DNA of 64,000 bases from the NCBI GenBank assembly GCA_001244265.2, contig CDLV01000006.1, positions 2,604,001 to 2,668,000 on the forward strand, read 5' to 3'. The stretch's first letter is position 1; each line of letters starts with the position of its first letter. This stretch comes from Microbotryum violaceum. Its lineage: Eukaryota. Shown piece by piece: positions 50,898-64,000 of this stretch. Below the pieces are notes generated by a model. The model had not been told where the DNA came from and ran no database searches. It was given only the letters and a program-made list of their open reading frames with translations. The translations under genes and the position numbers were made by a program.

Positions 50898-52664
50898 ATG
50901 GGCCTCATTTCCTCCCCATTGCCCGCCTACACGGGCACTTACCACGTCGGCACGCTCGACGTCGAAGTCCCTGTCCCTGAACCTGGCTCCTTCGGCACCG
51001 CGTTGCTCAAAGCCACAAATGAGCCGGCCTTGCAACTCGACACCATCCTCTGCACCTTGTTCTATCCGGTTGAACCTAACAATACCAATGGCAAAGGAAG
51101 GATGCCGTGGATGCAGAGACCTATTGCTACAACCGCCCAAGGTCAGCTCGGTCCGGAAGTGGCTACTTTGAACTCGGGGGCTTGCTTCGAAATTTCGCAG
51201 TTGCGAGTCGTCCGATGAGAAAACTGGGACGAGCTCGTGAACCATCAGCGTCGGCCGAGGCTCAACAGTGCTGACATCTTGTCCAATATACGACAGGCTA
51301 CGCTCGTTTCCTGCAGCAGAAACCTTGGCTCATCCGCCTTGCCATGGCCGTCTTCGCGCGTAATAAGTACTTGCCCGCCAGGATCGACGCCCCTCTCTTC
51401 CCCTCCACGTTCCCCTCCACGTCGTCGTCCGCGGATGCCCAGAGCTCGACTTCCGAGAGTTCTTCGTCGTCCACGTCCTCCAAGACGGTCAACCCAAACC
51501 CCTCTTCATCGTCCGCATTGCCCTTGTTGATCTTTTCCCACGGTCTGGCTGGCACGCGGACGACGTACTCGCAGTACTGTGGCGAGTTGGCCTCGAGGGG
51601 TTACGTCGTTGCCGCGATCGAACATCGCGATGGCAGTGGGGCGAGCACGATCGTCAACCTCGAACAGGGGAAAGAAAAAGTTGTGGAGTACATCCAACCT
51701 GATGATTTGATGTGAGTCCTGCCCACAGCATGTGGGGTTTCTTGAATTGGAAGCCTGAACTGACGAGAATATTCGTCTTGGATTCGTCGCTAGTTTCCCA
51801 CCGCCGTACCCAATCTTGTCCCAAATCGCTTACCGCAGAGAGCAACTCGTCATGCGACTCCGCGAAATTGAAGAACTCATCAAGATCCTGTCTCGGATCA
51901 ATGATGGTGAAGGTGAATCGGTGGCCCGGCAGAATCGTCGAGCGCCGTCGAACGACCCTTCTTACGGGAAGCAATTGAGCGAATGGAAGGGCCGTCTCGA
52001 CTTTGGCAAGATGAGCGTGGTCGGTCACTCGTTTGGTGCAACGACGACGTTGGAGGTGTTATGGGCGGGAAGTGAAAGGTTTAAATTTGCCCGAGGTGTC
52101 GCGTTGGACCCGTGGCTCGTCCCCGTCGAGGCGCAATCGAAGACCGGCCAAGCCAAACTCTTGACGACGACCGACTCGACCTCGCAGGGTCCCTCCGAGG
52201 AAGAGCAAATCAAACGTTCGGCCAACGAGATTAAGGTCCCTCTCCTCGACATCAACTCGGAGGCGTTCACGATGTGGCAAGACCAATACGAGCTCGTACG
52301 CGCCATCGTCGAAAATGTTCAAGCACCTAGTTGGTTCATGACCCTAGTAGGCACTATCCATCCGAGCATCTCCGACGTCTCTTTGGTCTTCCCCCGGGTC
52401 GTGAGAGTGGTCGGGGCTAGGCTCGATGGTAAGGAGGTGATGGCTAAGACCGTCGAGGTCTCGGAGGAGTTTTTGGGCGGGTTGGGCAAGTCGGGAAAAT
52501 GGTTGAGCAGGGAGGTCATTCCCGGGGATGAAGCGGGGTTGAGAGAAGGGGAGGGGTACTTCCAGAACGGCGGTAAGCCCATGGAACCGTTAGGGGATTT
52601 GAGGATGCATGTCGTGCCTAAGGATGATGAGCGCAAGAAAAAGAACAACAACCCGGAAGTGTGA
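50898..52664 (+). CDS. PAF acetylhydrolase family hydrolase, tandem copy 2
   Basis: Same exon structure as copy 1 at ~2.5 kb offset; GHSFGA, LDPW and GTIHPSISD. Confidence 0.9.
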
Positions 52665-53915
52665 AGGTCATGAGGTACGCGTTCTAGTATATAGCGGTGC
52701 GGAGGTTGTGTTAATGCTGTGCCCCTTTCAACGTCATTTAATCCCTTTTGAAGTCGATGCAATGTAAATATAATATCGCTTCACATACACTGAGAGGATT
52801 CCGATACGTTAGAGCGACAGAAGAGTTGGCGTGTAAAATGTGTCTCAGCGATGTCCGGCTGGCAGCGTGCATGGCGCATTTGGGGCCTTCTCACAGCGGA
52901 TCGCGAGCTGGGAAGGGCGGGGTACCGCGAACTGCGGGGATGAGCCGCATCGGCACGAAGGCGACGAAACGCTTCATCAATGCAGTAGGGGGATGCTTGG
53001 GAAGATTTGGAGCTCATGGCGGTGCAGAGTGGGTTGGAGATCCGCCGATCAAAGGTGGTTAGGAGATAATTCAGTCGCCGCCGTTCGAAGCCCGCATCGC
53101 ACGTGGCTCGCACTCGGCCGAGAAAAGGGGTGAAATGTATGTAGTCGCTTGCGACTAATGCACACTTTGTAAGGGTATGATAATTGCTGCTGAAAGGCCG
53201 CAACTCGACATGTGAGTTAATATGGGAATATGGGAAGCCGCCGCATCAAGATCGGCGCAAGCCGGCGCCCAGTGAAAGAAAGCGACTTACAAGCTCCTGA
53301 CAGACAGGGCAGTGCGCGTTGATGACCGAAGCAAGGCTGACCGTGGCGATGAATACACATACCCTCATGTCTATCGATTGGAACGGCTGTTTTCAGCGGA
53401 CGAATATGGGCGGGAAAAAGACACGAGAGCAGTGGCTACGGGCCGGCCGAGCTCAAAAGTTATTAAATCTCTGGCGGGTTCACGAGGCTAGCGACCGAGT
53501 TTATCTGTATAGGAGGCGCCAATCGGTGCGACGACCACCATATCACAAGCTTTGCGGGCTATGCGGTATATTAGTCCTGAAACTGCTGCGGGGTACCCAG
53601 TCGCGCGCAGCTAATTGCCTGCTTATCAGAGGGGGAATAGCTCCATGGTGTGGCTTTCTCCTGCCCACGAAGCATCATTACGGTCTTAAGAGTTTCAGCA
53701 GGCTGCGTCATCTCGAGCGGTCGTAGAACATCCAGGACAGCAATCATGACGAGGTCAGAGCAGGGTATTTCAAACGCAGGAAGGTAAGGGGTAACGCGCA
53801 GAAGAATTAAAGCAAGACAAAAAGACGTAGTTAAGAGTACAATAACTGAGAGCAGCAGGAAAAATATATAGAAAAATAACACGGAACCAACTGGCAGGAT
53901 CCCAAAACAGCCTTA

Positions 53916-56900
53916 TTAGAACCCATACTGTGTCAACCTTACGCCTTCGTTGCCTTCCTCAATCCTGCCAACCATCTTGCCAACCCGACCTCCCGGCGTC
54001 CCCATCGGTCCTACACCTCTCAACTGCGACGGTGTGCCGCTCATGAACTTGGAATTTCTGCTTACATCCACCGGGACTTCGGCATCAGGTTTGGAAGAGG
54101 GTGGGAGCGATTCGTGCCTCTGTAAAGTGGAAGCAACGAGTCCCGAGGGTTGTTGCTGTTGGTTTTCGAACGTCGAGGTGCCTCCTACGACATCGGAGAG
54201 CAAGACGCGCCTAGGTGATGGTTCCCCTTCAGACGAGTTGACGTCGGATCCGCGGTACATGACTTGGCCTACTTGACCTTCCTCTTCAATCGACTCAATG
54301 CCACCGTACGCATCCGTTCCCGTCGTCATCATCGTCGCGGTTGTCATGACCGAATCACGAACGTTGCTGCGTTGACTGGGATCGAACTCGCCTTCGTCGA
54401 TCGTATGACCATCCGGTGTTTTGGGGGGCAGAGGAGGCGGAATTCCACTCGAGCCGGAGCGTTGCATCAATGTGCGGACGGTTGGTGATTGGACGATTAC
54501 CTCTGGGCCTCCGGGCACACCGCCATTGCCACCCAATCTCGAGGAACCCATCGGTGGGGGTGGTGAATGTTGAGCCAGTGCCGCAGCGGTCAAAGGCATG
54601 ACGCGACCGGCTGGAGCTGACGACTGGTAGGTCGGCGAGTGAGGGGGAAGGGGAGCCGGAGAGGGCTTCTTGTTGCGCGAGGTCATGCGAGAAAGGAACC
54701 CTTTGGCACCCCCACCGGAACCGCTCGTCAACTTCGTCTGCCGGGGAGGCTCCGTGGCGTCGCCTCCTGCAAGTGACGAAACGCTACCACTACGGTCTCG
54801 ATCCCTGCTCCACGCTGGGGCTGAAGCACCATCCCTGGGTGCGGGCGATGCCTGCGAGTGGATGACGCCGAGGCCGTGCAGTCGTGTTCCATCGCTCACG
54901 ACAGCCGGCACCGGAGGCGGCATATCCATCATCGTCGGGGTACGAGGATCTTGTGACGGGTCAAAATCAGTGGGACCGTACGCACCTATACTGCTGCGGG
55001 GAGCGTCGGTGCTGTATCGACCTTCCTCATGCGTCGTCGGCATACCAGAGTAAGCTTGTCCATGACCACGGGTAGGACCGACCGTCGTCGTGAAGGAAGG
55101 AGCGTAAGTCGATCCGGCGATTGTCGCACGCTCAATGTCGCTACGAGAAAGTGAGACCGTCTTGGTCGGCGTCGTCGCACCGGGATTGAAGACGCTCTCG
55201 TCGATCGTCCGCATCGGCGACGACGTTCGGGCGTAGGAGCTGCTGATCGGAGGTGCAACGAGGCTCATCGAGGTGACGGGCATAGGCTGTTGAATGCGCG
55301 GCAGTGCGGTCTTGCTCGTCTTCTTGCGAACCGAGCGCATGAACGAGATGCGTTTGCTCTGCTTCTTTTGCTGCAGTGGGAAAGGCGTGTTCCGTGTCAG
55401 GATATTCGCGGGCAGAGCAGAGTAACGCGCACATCCCGAATAGGAAACACTCACCTTGCCGTCGGTCAACTCGTCTCGGTATTCCTTCGGCACAAACTCC
55501 TCAACCAAAACCCATCGATCCTCGGTCCGATCATCGCCCGAGGCAGACGGTCGTCCTTTGGGCCGCTCGCCATCCCTCGGTCGACTCTTCCAATGTATGA
55601 GCGCAAAGCTACTCTCCTTCAACTCATCCCTCGCCCATCCACCACTGACAAGCACGTCGGCCCATGCTTCGAAGAATAGAGCGTCGACAACCACTCGGGC
55701 TTCTTCCCGAGGCGTCGTATCGTAGGGGAAAGCCGGGAGCATCTTTTCGGCGGCACGCAGCTTGGTGTCGAGCGCTTGCTGCGAGGCGGGCCAGGTATTG
55801 ACGCGATTGTTGATCGATTGGTGGAAGATGAGGTCGTTGGGTTTGAACGACTCTCGTCCACCGAATCCAGAGCTGGCGAACGTTCCCTGTGGCCAGCAAA
55901 GCGTACTCAAGTGAGTGAGTCATCACAGTCACCGATGAACTGTAAACGCTACCATCACCCACCCAATCCATCGTATCCCTCTTTTGTATCGGCGCAGTGC
56001 GCTCCGATTCGGTTAAGTCAAACTCTAGCTTGCCGGCTTCGACGTCCTTGAAACCCAGTTCGCCAAATTTGCTCCAGTCCTTCTCGACCGTTGACTTGTA
56101 CCGCTGCAGCTCGCCGTCGTCGTCCTCGTCGTCAAAAAGGTTGTTACCGCGGATGTTGAGCAGGTGACGGAAGTGAGGGGTGTATTGCGTTGCTGGTGGG
56201 TTCGCCGATGATGGCGCGGCAAGTGTTTTGTTGCGGTAGCCTGGGGGGAAGAGGAGAGCCCAATCCGAAGAGTTTGGAACGGACCATGTTCTGGGAAGAA
56301 GCCGAAAGACCAGCTACGCGTTAGGTGCGTGCACTTTTGGCGAGTAGACATCAACCGATGCTCCGACTGACCCAGCACTCGCGATCAGATTGCGGGAGTG
56401 AAATCGCGTCAATCTGCGAATCCGCACCACCTCTTCCACCCGAGCCCCTGTCGCAAGCCTCGAAACTCCTCTCCGGTTGCTGTAGTTAATATTGACTGTT
56501 TGGGGATATCCAATGATGTGCTTCTCGAGATATGTTGGCAATGCTCCCTCTGCGGCTTGCTGATACCGAATCTGGAAATAAAACAAAGATGACTCAAATT
56601 TAGCTCGGGGGCCATGTCTCGGTAAACCAACCGAAATCACTCACGTAAGACAACAATATGTGCTCCGTTGCATCCGTCAGTCGTTGCCACTGCTCATACG
56701 TCGCATCGAATGTTTCGTCATCGGCAAGACCAAATAGATAGGGCGAAAACAGTGAGGCGAGTTTTCTCGGCGGCATTCCGTTCGCTTTGCTGTGAGCGGA
56801 GATGCTCGAGAAGAGAGAAAGGATCTCGGTCCTGCGAGACAGAAGGTGTGATCGGGCTTAGTTCTTGTTCGATGGGTTTGATGCACGACGTTGCCCAGAC

Positions 56901-58035
56901 TGACAATAGCTTTGCACTGGACGTGGCTAGACGGGCGATCAAGTGGGTCGAGCAATGCCGAGGCGGGTAGCCAGCAGCTATACAGTCGAGGTCGCAAGAA
57001 CCAAAATTCAGTATACGAACGATTGATCCTGATTCGAAATTTCAACTGACCTTTCTCGCTGTGTTTGAAGTCATCGTACAAATCCCAGCTGACGAACCCG
57101 CGCCCGCCTCGGTCGTTGATGAGTCGAGCCAGAGCCCACTTCATATGTGCACCCACGCACAGAGGGGACGCAAGAGTAAGGTCTTTTCGAGAACAAAGAA
57201 ACGAGTAGCGCGTGTGACCCTGCGTCAGGTTGAGGCTGGTACATCTGTGGCCCGACTCGGTCGAGGTCATGTGACTGACCAAAGGTCCAAGCGCTCGGAT
57301 CGGCGAGATAGCTACGAATGAGCGAACACGTGCCTTCCATCGTCAAATCGAGACTCATCGAGCTCAGGATGAGTGGAGTGTCGACACCTGCACGCTCATG
57401 ACCGCGTCAGCTGCTGCTCTCACAAAAGACAATGGGTGCCCTGGTGTCGACGCAAGGAGGTGCGAGGCGCGTGCACACGCCGACTCTCCACTCGCCCGAT
57501 TACGACACGAGAACGACAACGGCGACTGACCTCGTGCCCTGATCTGTTCGCTGCACTTGACGACAACCTCAAGCACCCTCTCGACCGACAACTCAAGCAA
57601 GGTCTCGATGGGGGTATACCCGAACAGGAGCTGCATGTCCGAGTCGCCGCCTCCCGCGTTCGGGTCGTCATCGGCGGCATAGCTGGGGAGGCCGGGGCTG
57701 TTGGGTGCACCGGTCGCACCATGCCCGCATCCGTGGGTCGCGAGACCCAACGAATCCTTGCCAAACGCGGGTCGGTGATCGATCGGTCGACCAAAGTCGT
57801 CGACGTGCTTCTTGGAGTGGTCGCTATAAAGCGTCATGGCCGACTCGGTTGAGCGTTTGCCCCCCGTGGCGCGTGACGTCGACGCGTGGCCGACCGCGAG
57901 GCTGTTGCTGCTGTGGCCGTGGCCAACGGATGGTGGGGGAGCTGCCTGCGAGTGATAGGAAGGATCGGACCCATTGCCCCCCGAGCCAGCTCCGAGCTTG
58001 GTGGCCGATTTCTTGCGACCAAACACCTTCTTCAT
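53916..58035 (-). CDS. Msb1/Mug8 (DUF1708, RhoGAP-like) domain protein with long disordered C-terminus
   Basis: EQIRARGLDTPLIL, MKWALAR..GFVSWDLY and SHSKANGMPPRKLASLFSPYLFG across several exons; FFEAWADVL in the later region. Confidence 0.65.
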
Positions 58036-60629
58036 AGTCGTCGTTCGTCAGCCGTCGGGGTGACACAACAAAGGTCGAGGGGTTCAGAAGGCACACAATG
58101 TCTGCGTCGGATGTAAGGCGGCCAAACCCAAGAGCGACAAGGCGAACAGGGGGAAAGGAGCAAGCTGAGCCAGCGAGCAGTCGGCTTGTCAGTCCGTGCG
58201 ACAAAGTGCGCGACAACTGACAGTGCGCGACAGTAGTGCGCGACTACGCGCGACACACGCGACAAAGGCCTCGCTCGGCCCACCGCGCGACGTCGATCGA
58301 TCTTCAGTTTCAGGCCCCTGAGTCGTTTGTTCCTCCAAAAGCCGCCAGTTAACATCCCGCTTCTAATTCGATTTGACAATGAGTGATTACAGCATATGTA
58401 CTTCCCTCGTATTCCCCGTCAAATCGACCTGCACGCTCTGGCAGGCGGCTTTTCAGCCGGGGCCCAGCCCGAGGCGCCGGTCTCGAGCAACAAGTTCGGC
58501 GTGAAACGCTGACCAAGTTGCAGCTGGAAGACGGACCATGAGTCGATTTGGTTGCCTGCTTTCTTGAGGGTTTAATGGTCTTCATTAGACATCGAGTAAG
58601 CTGAACGACCTTTTATAGAGATCTTAGAGGCGTGCCGCTGCACTAGGGGCTGAAACTGCTCAAGAAAATTCATTGTAGAAAAATCGTCGAGCGTGCGCGG
58701 GCCAGCTTTGACACGCGCACTTCTTCCACACCAACCCACCTACAAGACACCTACATACAACTGGAAATGAGCAAAGATAGATGGTGCTCACTGAACAGGA
58801 ATGGAGCAAGAGACAAGTGTAAGAAACAAAGACGAACCACCGGCGAAGAGGAACTCATCGGAAGGCGAAAGGATGACTGCGGAAAGCGACCGGAACGAAG
58901 GAGTGAAGTCGGCTCTAATCCCACAGAGAAAACTTCTTCGGCGTTCACCCCGACGGCGGAACCAAGGAACGGGTACGGTACCGGAGTCTGCCACCGGAAT
59001 GCGGCTTGTCTGTCGTTGCTGTCATGGGTCGTTGGGAATGGTCAACGAGCTTGGATCTCGGTGGCCGTGTTCGAGGTCCTAGGAGGTTATCTCATGAGTT
59101 CATGTTGAGATGCTAGTCAGAGGGAGGGAGACCGGACAGGACAGGAGAAAGAGTGAAGCTGTCTGACCTGAGGTGCTGAAAGTGTAGCGCAAGGTACGGT
59201 GAAGCCTATGAATGAGACGTTGCCGAACTGTGACCGGCTATAATAGTACGCCGGGGCCGAGGTGTGCCTCTCTTTCACGAAGTTTGTGCCATGGCTTCAA
59301 TGGCGGCCTTGGATGTTACCGACAACCCGCTCAGAGCCGACGTGCAGCTCACGAGTAAGCGCCTTCTCCTCTTGCCCTTTCGCGGGAAAACGAGCGGCCT
59401 AAGACAGCGGATCTCTAGGTGTAGCCCGAAACTGCCGCGCAGGGGTCCTCGCGCAGAGACCTCCTCTGGCGAACATCGCGCGAGCACGGTGACGTAAGAG
59501 CGAGCGGGGAAGGAGCTCGAGCCAAAATGTTCACTTGATTTGTGTTTGCAAGGGCCGCTCCCGCCTCACATCGTCCTCGCACGCACAAACCCGAGTACTG
59601 AACCGGCCGAACCCCCCCTGACCGAATACTGGACATCGATATCAGCCGGTTCCCCCTTTTTTGTGTAGTTCAGCCACCTCAGCCCTCTCTCTGGCTTAAA
59701 AAAAACACGTTCATTCGAACCGACCATGAAATGACGAAACACAGTCTACAATACCTTTCGAGTGAACATCAATTACAAGAACGATCGGCCCCGTACTCGC
59801 GATCCTTCTGTGGGGCAACCGACCGTTACACCCACTGGGAGTCGCCCATCGTTCGGCCTCACCAGGTCTCACGATCTCACTCCCCAACTACCTCAACTTC
59901 ATCCGCACGTGATGGATCAATCCTTCGTGTCACTTCTGCCGCGCTCATCGTGTTTCTGTCGGCGGGCGGTCTTATGAATTGAACCCTATTCCGGTCGTAC
60001 ACGAAGAGCGCTGTCTGACCTTTGCAGTTGCCGCCGAGCGCGGAAAGCTCTAACCCACCTCAAATTATGAAACTTCTTCTCAGAAATGAATTCGAGGCTG
60101 CCCAACAACATTTCATTGATTATCTATAACGAGCATTCGACGTCTGGGAGAGATGCAAGCAAGTGCACCATGAGTACCTAAGTCGCCATGGCCCGTTGAA
60201 TCCCCACTGGAGTCTCGCATCATCGCCTCGGAGCAAGCTTGAAGATGTTGGTTGGGAAGGGAATCAGGATTGAAACGTTGTGGGTGAAACGGCCGGGGGG
60301 TAATCATGGTCGGAAGAAAATGTTCATATTTTGTCGATTCTTTATTCGGTCTACCCTTTCTATTCGGACATGCGCACATAAAATCATTCTTTACGTTTGA
60401 TCAAAAGAGAAGGCCCCCGTAACATTTGGTATAAGCTCAACTACATTGAAGCCATCACATTCTCGGCGGAGACGTCAAACGCGCGGCACAATCTTAGGGT
60501 GGCATGACTGTGTCTACTTTGTAGAAGTGGCCAGTGTGAAAATTGAATCTACTCGAATCCTCTTCCCCTACAACCGAATAGCCGAAAGACCTGTTCATAC
60601 CCTTCTCTTCGAACTCCCCCCCCACCTCT

Positions 60630-62486
60630 CTAATCCCTCCCGGACGCCCACCCCCAATTCAACGTCTTGCTCTTTTGGAAGATATCGTAGCACTGCTTCT
60701 CCAAAGCAAGTTGTTTCTGGTTCGCCTCACTCTGCAACCCTTGGCCAGGGAGACGGCCGGCGCGGGATTCGCCTTGCGTACCGTAAACGGCGTTGTAGAC
60801 GCGCATCGTGGCGTGAACCTCTTCGGGCGTGCTGCGAAAGGGTAAGTGAGGGGGGTCAGTCTAGACAACTGTCGCGAGGCAACTGATGGGGATTTATGAG
60901 ACTTACGAAAATCCAGCAACAGTAGGTGTAGGTCGTCCGACGCTCGCATCCAAATTCGCCGAAGCCAATCCATACCCCAAAGCGACGTCGGCCAATTCGA
61001 CACCCTCCTTCTTCATCGCCGCGACCGCATCCTTGGTCGCTTGTTGAAGCTCAGGTGAAGCGGGGTGCCATTCGGGACTTCCGGCACCGCGGAGGAGACC
61101 CATCGAGAGAGGAGAGGCGGAAACGACCTGCTTTACGCCGGCGGCGTAGAAAAGAGGGAGGAAAGTCGTCAGGGTCGTGTTTTGGAGCTGGGGGAGTGAG
61201 ATCGGGAAAGGTCAGTGCGAATGTTTCATTTTCTGGGCGCTGGAATATGATGCGCGTACAGTGTGGTGACAGTACGATTGCATGATATCGATGGGTTGCA
61301 ACTTGGCAGCCGACAGTCGCGCGAGACGAAGGAGCGTCGGCAAGGGGTAACCTGATAGGGGCCAGACGACGTCGGGTCAGGGGTTGGGCGGCTCTCTTGA
61401 AGAACGGAATAAAAGATCACTCACCACTGAAGCCAATGGCACGAATCTTGCCTTCCTTTTTCAAATCGAACAACGCCTTCAACGCGCCCAAGACCTTCTC
61501 ATCACCGGGGCCTCGGATCTTGCCTTCGTCCCCCTCCGCAAGCCCCCACTTGTCCAAATCCTCCTTCCTAATCTTACCCTCTGAATCCACCGTCCAGCCG
61601 GCCGTTCCAGCTTCCCCGACTTGTTCACTGACGAACTCGACATCATGGCAGTAAACAGCATCGAGGTAATCCGTGCCCATCAACTCGCAAGACTTGGCGA
61701 CGGATTGACGCACGCGTTCGGGCGAGTAGTCGAAATCGGCTTTTGTTCGGCCGTAGCGACCGATTTTAGTGATAAGTTGGTACGACGAACGAGGGAACTC
61801 GGGAGCGAGCTTGGCAAGTGCTTTTCCGATGACGGTCTCGGAGGTCGTGTAGTCTTTAAATTGTGGAGGAGTAGATTGATTGAGATCAGTGATCGATCTC
61901 GGAGCCGAATTCGGTCGCATCCTTTGGCGCGCGAAGGTCTGGGCGGGGAGGACGGCACGGTGCTCCGGTGGGGCGCCAGGCCCTGCTGTCCCCGGGGCCT
62001 CGCACTGATCCTTGTAGGAGACGGAAAGGATACGTACAGGGCGAAGTATCAATTCCGGAAATACCATAACGGAAAGCGAGGCGGAGCGTATCCTCTGGAA
62101 TTGAAGATTCGAGAGTAGAGGACGTGTTGTAGTCGTAGCTAGGTGGAAGGAGCAATCGGGGTTCAGTGAGCACGAGCGCTCGAGATTTCCCGTTTGCGAA
62201 GAGGTGACTTGGCTTGCATGGCTGACTGGGGGCATGCGAAACATAGACAAGAAAAGCTAGTGATATTGGCTCACCCGAATACGCCACCACCGACGAGGAC
62301 ATCGGTCAGCTCCAGCAATCCATCGCCAATCGACTTCTACGTGGGCGCCCTCGCCGGCGGAATAAGAAATCAGCACTCTGCGATCCCCGGAGCTTGAGAC
62401 TGGTCTAGGGAGCTTACAGAGGTATCGATGGGGGCAAAGACTCGGCCACCAACGGGTTGAAGCTTATCTGCGCTAGTGGAAGACAT
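60630..62486 (-). CDS. Aldo/keto reductase (Ara2 / D-arabinose or L-galactose dehydrogenase-like)
   Basis: AFRYGISGIDTSPYY..SE, LITKIGRYG, DYLDAVYCHDVEF, KKEGKIRAIGFSGYP and SPLSMGLL; multi-exon. Confidence 0.88.
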
Positions 62487-62923
62487 TTTAGAGGGGTGGG
62501 AAGGCTTCGAAGATGAAGGGGAGAAAGCGAAGCAGCGGGGTACCATGGCTTCACGCTCACGGCGGAACCACGCGCATCGGTTATAGCCGCCGATCGCCCA
62601 TCATGTATTTCCGTCCGCCGGAAAAAACATGCTCTCATTCGCCAACGATTTAAAGCCTACTAGTCTTCAACAGATTTACTAAGGCTGTCCTCATGTAATA
62701 TAATTCTGAGATCATAAGACGCCGCGGGCCATGTAGCCCTCTAGGACGACAGCAGGGGCCCAGGGGTCATTTTCGTGTTCTGCCGCAGCCGGAGAGCATG
62801 CCGGTGCGCGCCTCACGATGTCACTCGCGAGTCTCAAAGCGCGCACACCTCATCTCTGAAAGCAACTCATCATCTTGCAAGCATGAAGAAATACCTCAAA
62901 AATAATCTTTGCAACCAACCCCA

Positions 62924-64000
62924 TTAAGCAGTCCTCTGCCTTTTCCTCTCCTGCGCCTGCTTCTTGTTCTCCTGCATCTTGAAATGCTCCTGCTTTTTCT
63001 CCTTCTCCTTCTCCGCTCTCCCCGCATCGATCTTGGCCAACTTCTTCTGCCGCTTTTCTTTCGTTTCGGCTTTCTTCTCCTTGCGTTTGGCGAGCTTGTC
63101 TCGGGAAATGGCTTGAATTTGTTGCAGTAGGGAGAGGGCTTGTTTCTCGTCCGGTTCCATGACGACCGCACGTTTTTGCATGTCTATGTGATAACGAGAG
63201 TTTTACATCAGCTATGCATAGCGGAAGGGGTAAAGACTGGTTCAGAATGAGACTCACAGGTCTTGTTCTTTTGCGGCGTTTGTAATTTGGGTTTGCTCGC
63301 GTAGGGAAGGGCCGCTTGAAGCTTGCGAGGTACTTTGAGCGTGTTGAATCGACGAGTTTCGCGAACGATCGGCTGGAGCAATACAAGATGAGAAACTTTC
63401 AGCACGCTTACTGCACGCTCGGATCCTGAAGGACCACGAAGACTGACCTTGTACAACGAGTTGATATCCGACGGCGTTTTGACCCCTTGATCCCTCCTCA
63501 CTTCACCCGTCAACCTCATCCCTTGCCAACTCGCCTTATCCCTCAACCACAACGACGCAACAGGGTTATAAAACTGCCTCGGTTTGATCTGATACCAAGC
63601 CCTCAAGAACACGATATCACTCATCAAAACCTTATCCTCGAAAGCTGCGCGATAACATCCTTCCGGTTTGGAAAGGGCTTTCTTGACTTGACCTCGGATC
63701 CCGGAAACGGTACGAATGTGGGCGCCTTCGAATTTAGCGACTTCGAGAGAGGAGGTGAACATATCTTTGACGAAGGCGGTGTTTTTGAAAACCTTGTACG
63801 GCGTTCCGGTCAGTTTGAGCTTTTTGACGATCGAAGTTGCTCCGTTGATATCGAGGACGACACCGTTCGCTGAAACGCGGAAAGAAGGGGTGTCGTTACC
63901 TAGGCGATTGAAGGCGCAGAAGCCCGTGTTGGGAGCCGAGATGGGTCCGTAGAACGTCGCGAGACAATGCATGTGCTCCGGCGTGTACTTGAGCATACGG
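62924..64000 (-). CDS. BMS1: Ribosome biogenesis GTPase Bms1, C-terminal part (5' partial)
   Basis: [56 protein letters not shown] and LPYASKPK. Confidence 0.95.

Noticed and set aside
58908-58930. tRNA T-arm-like GTCGGCTCTAATCCCAC
   Set aside because: Lacks TTC, has a stem mismatch, and no acceptor, D or anticodon arms can be built.

Overview
Gene-dense, intron-rich (GT-AG) eukaryotic DNA with fungal gene content, most consistent with a basidiomycete; a Pucciniomycotina/Microbotryomycetes-like yeast is my inference. About 22 protein-coding genes can be reconstructed by hand: a CigA/O-fucosyltransferase-like gene (partial), two tandem alkaline ceramidase paralogs, a low-complexity protein, an SLC26/SulP transporter, a SUR7/PalI-like membrane protein, a frameshifted D-2-hydroxyacid dehydrogenase, a PsuG-PfkB fusion, an HPP protein, AGC1, an aldehyde dehydrogenase, an orphan ORF, a Sld7-like protein, MCD4, SFP1, ARH1, SUS1, PRE4, two tandem PAF-acetylhydrolases, an Msb1/Mug8-like protein, an aldo-keto reductase and BMS1 (partial). 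No rRNA, tRNA, CRISPR or intact transposon was recognised. The most striking unexplained signal is a ~800-nt stretch with no credible ORF (about 9540-10345). It folds on the + strand into many G-U-containing helices, including long-range pairings, and is a candidate large structured ncRNA of unknown identity. Also notable: a 20-bp duplication that frameshifts the dehydrogenase, a gene-conversion-like identity tract between the PAF-AH copies, and an intact but divergent ceramidase paralog. All family calls come from motif recognition, not database searches, and exon boundaries were read manually.
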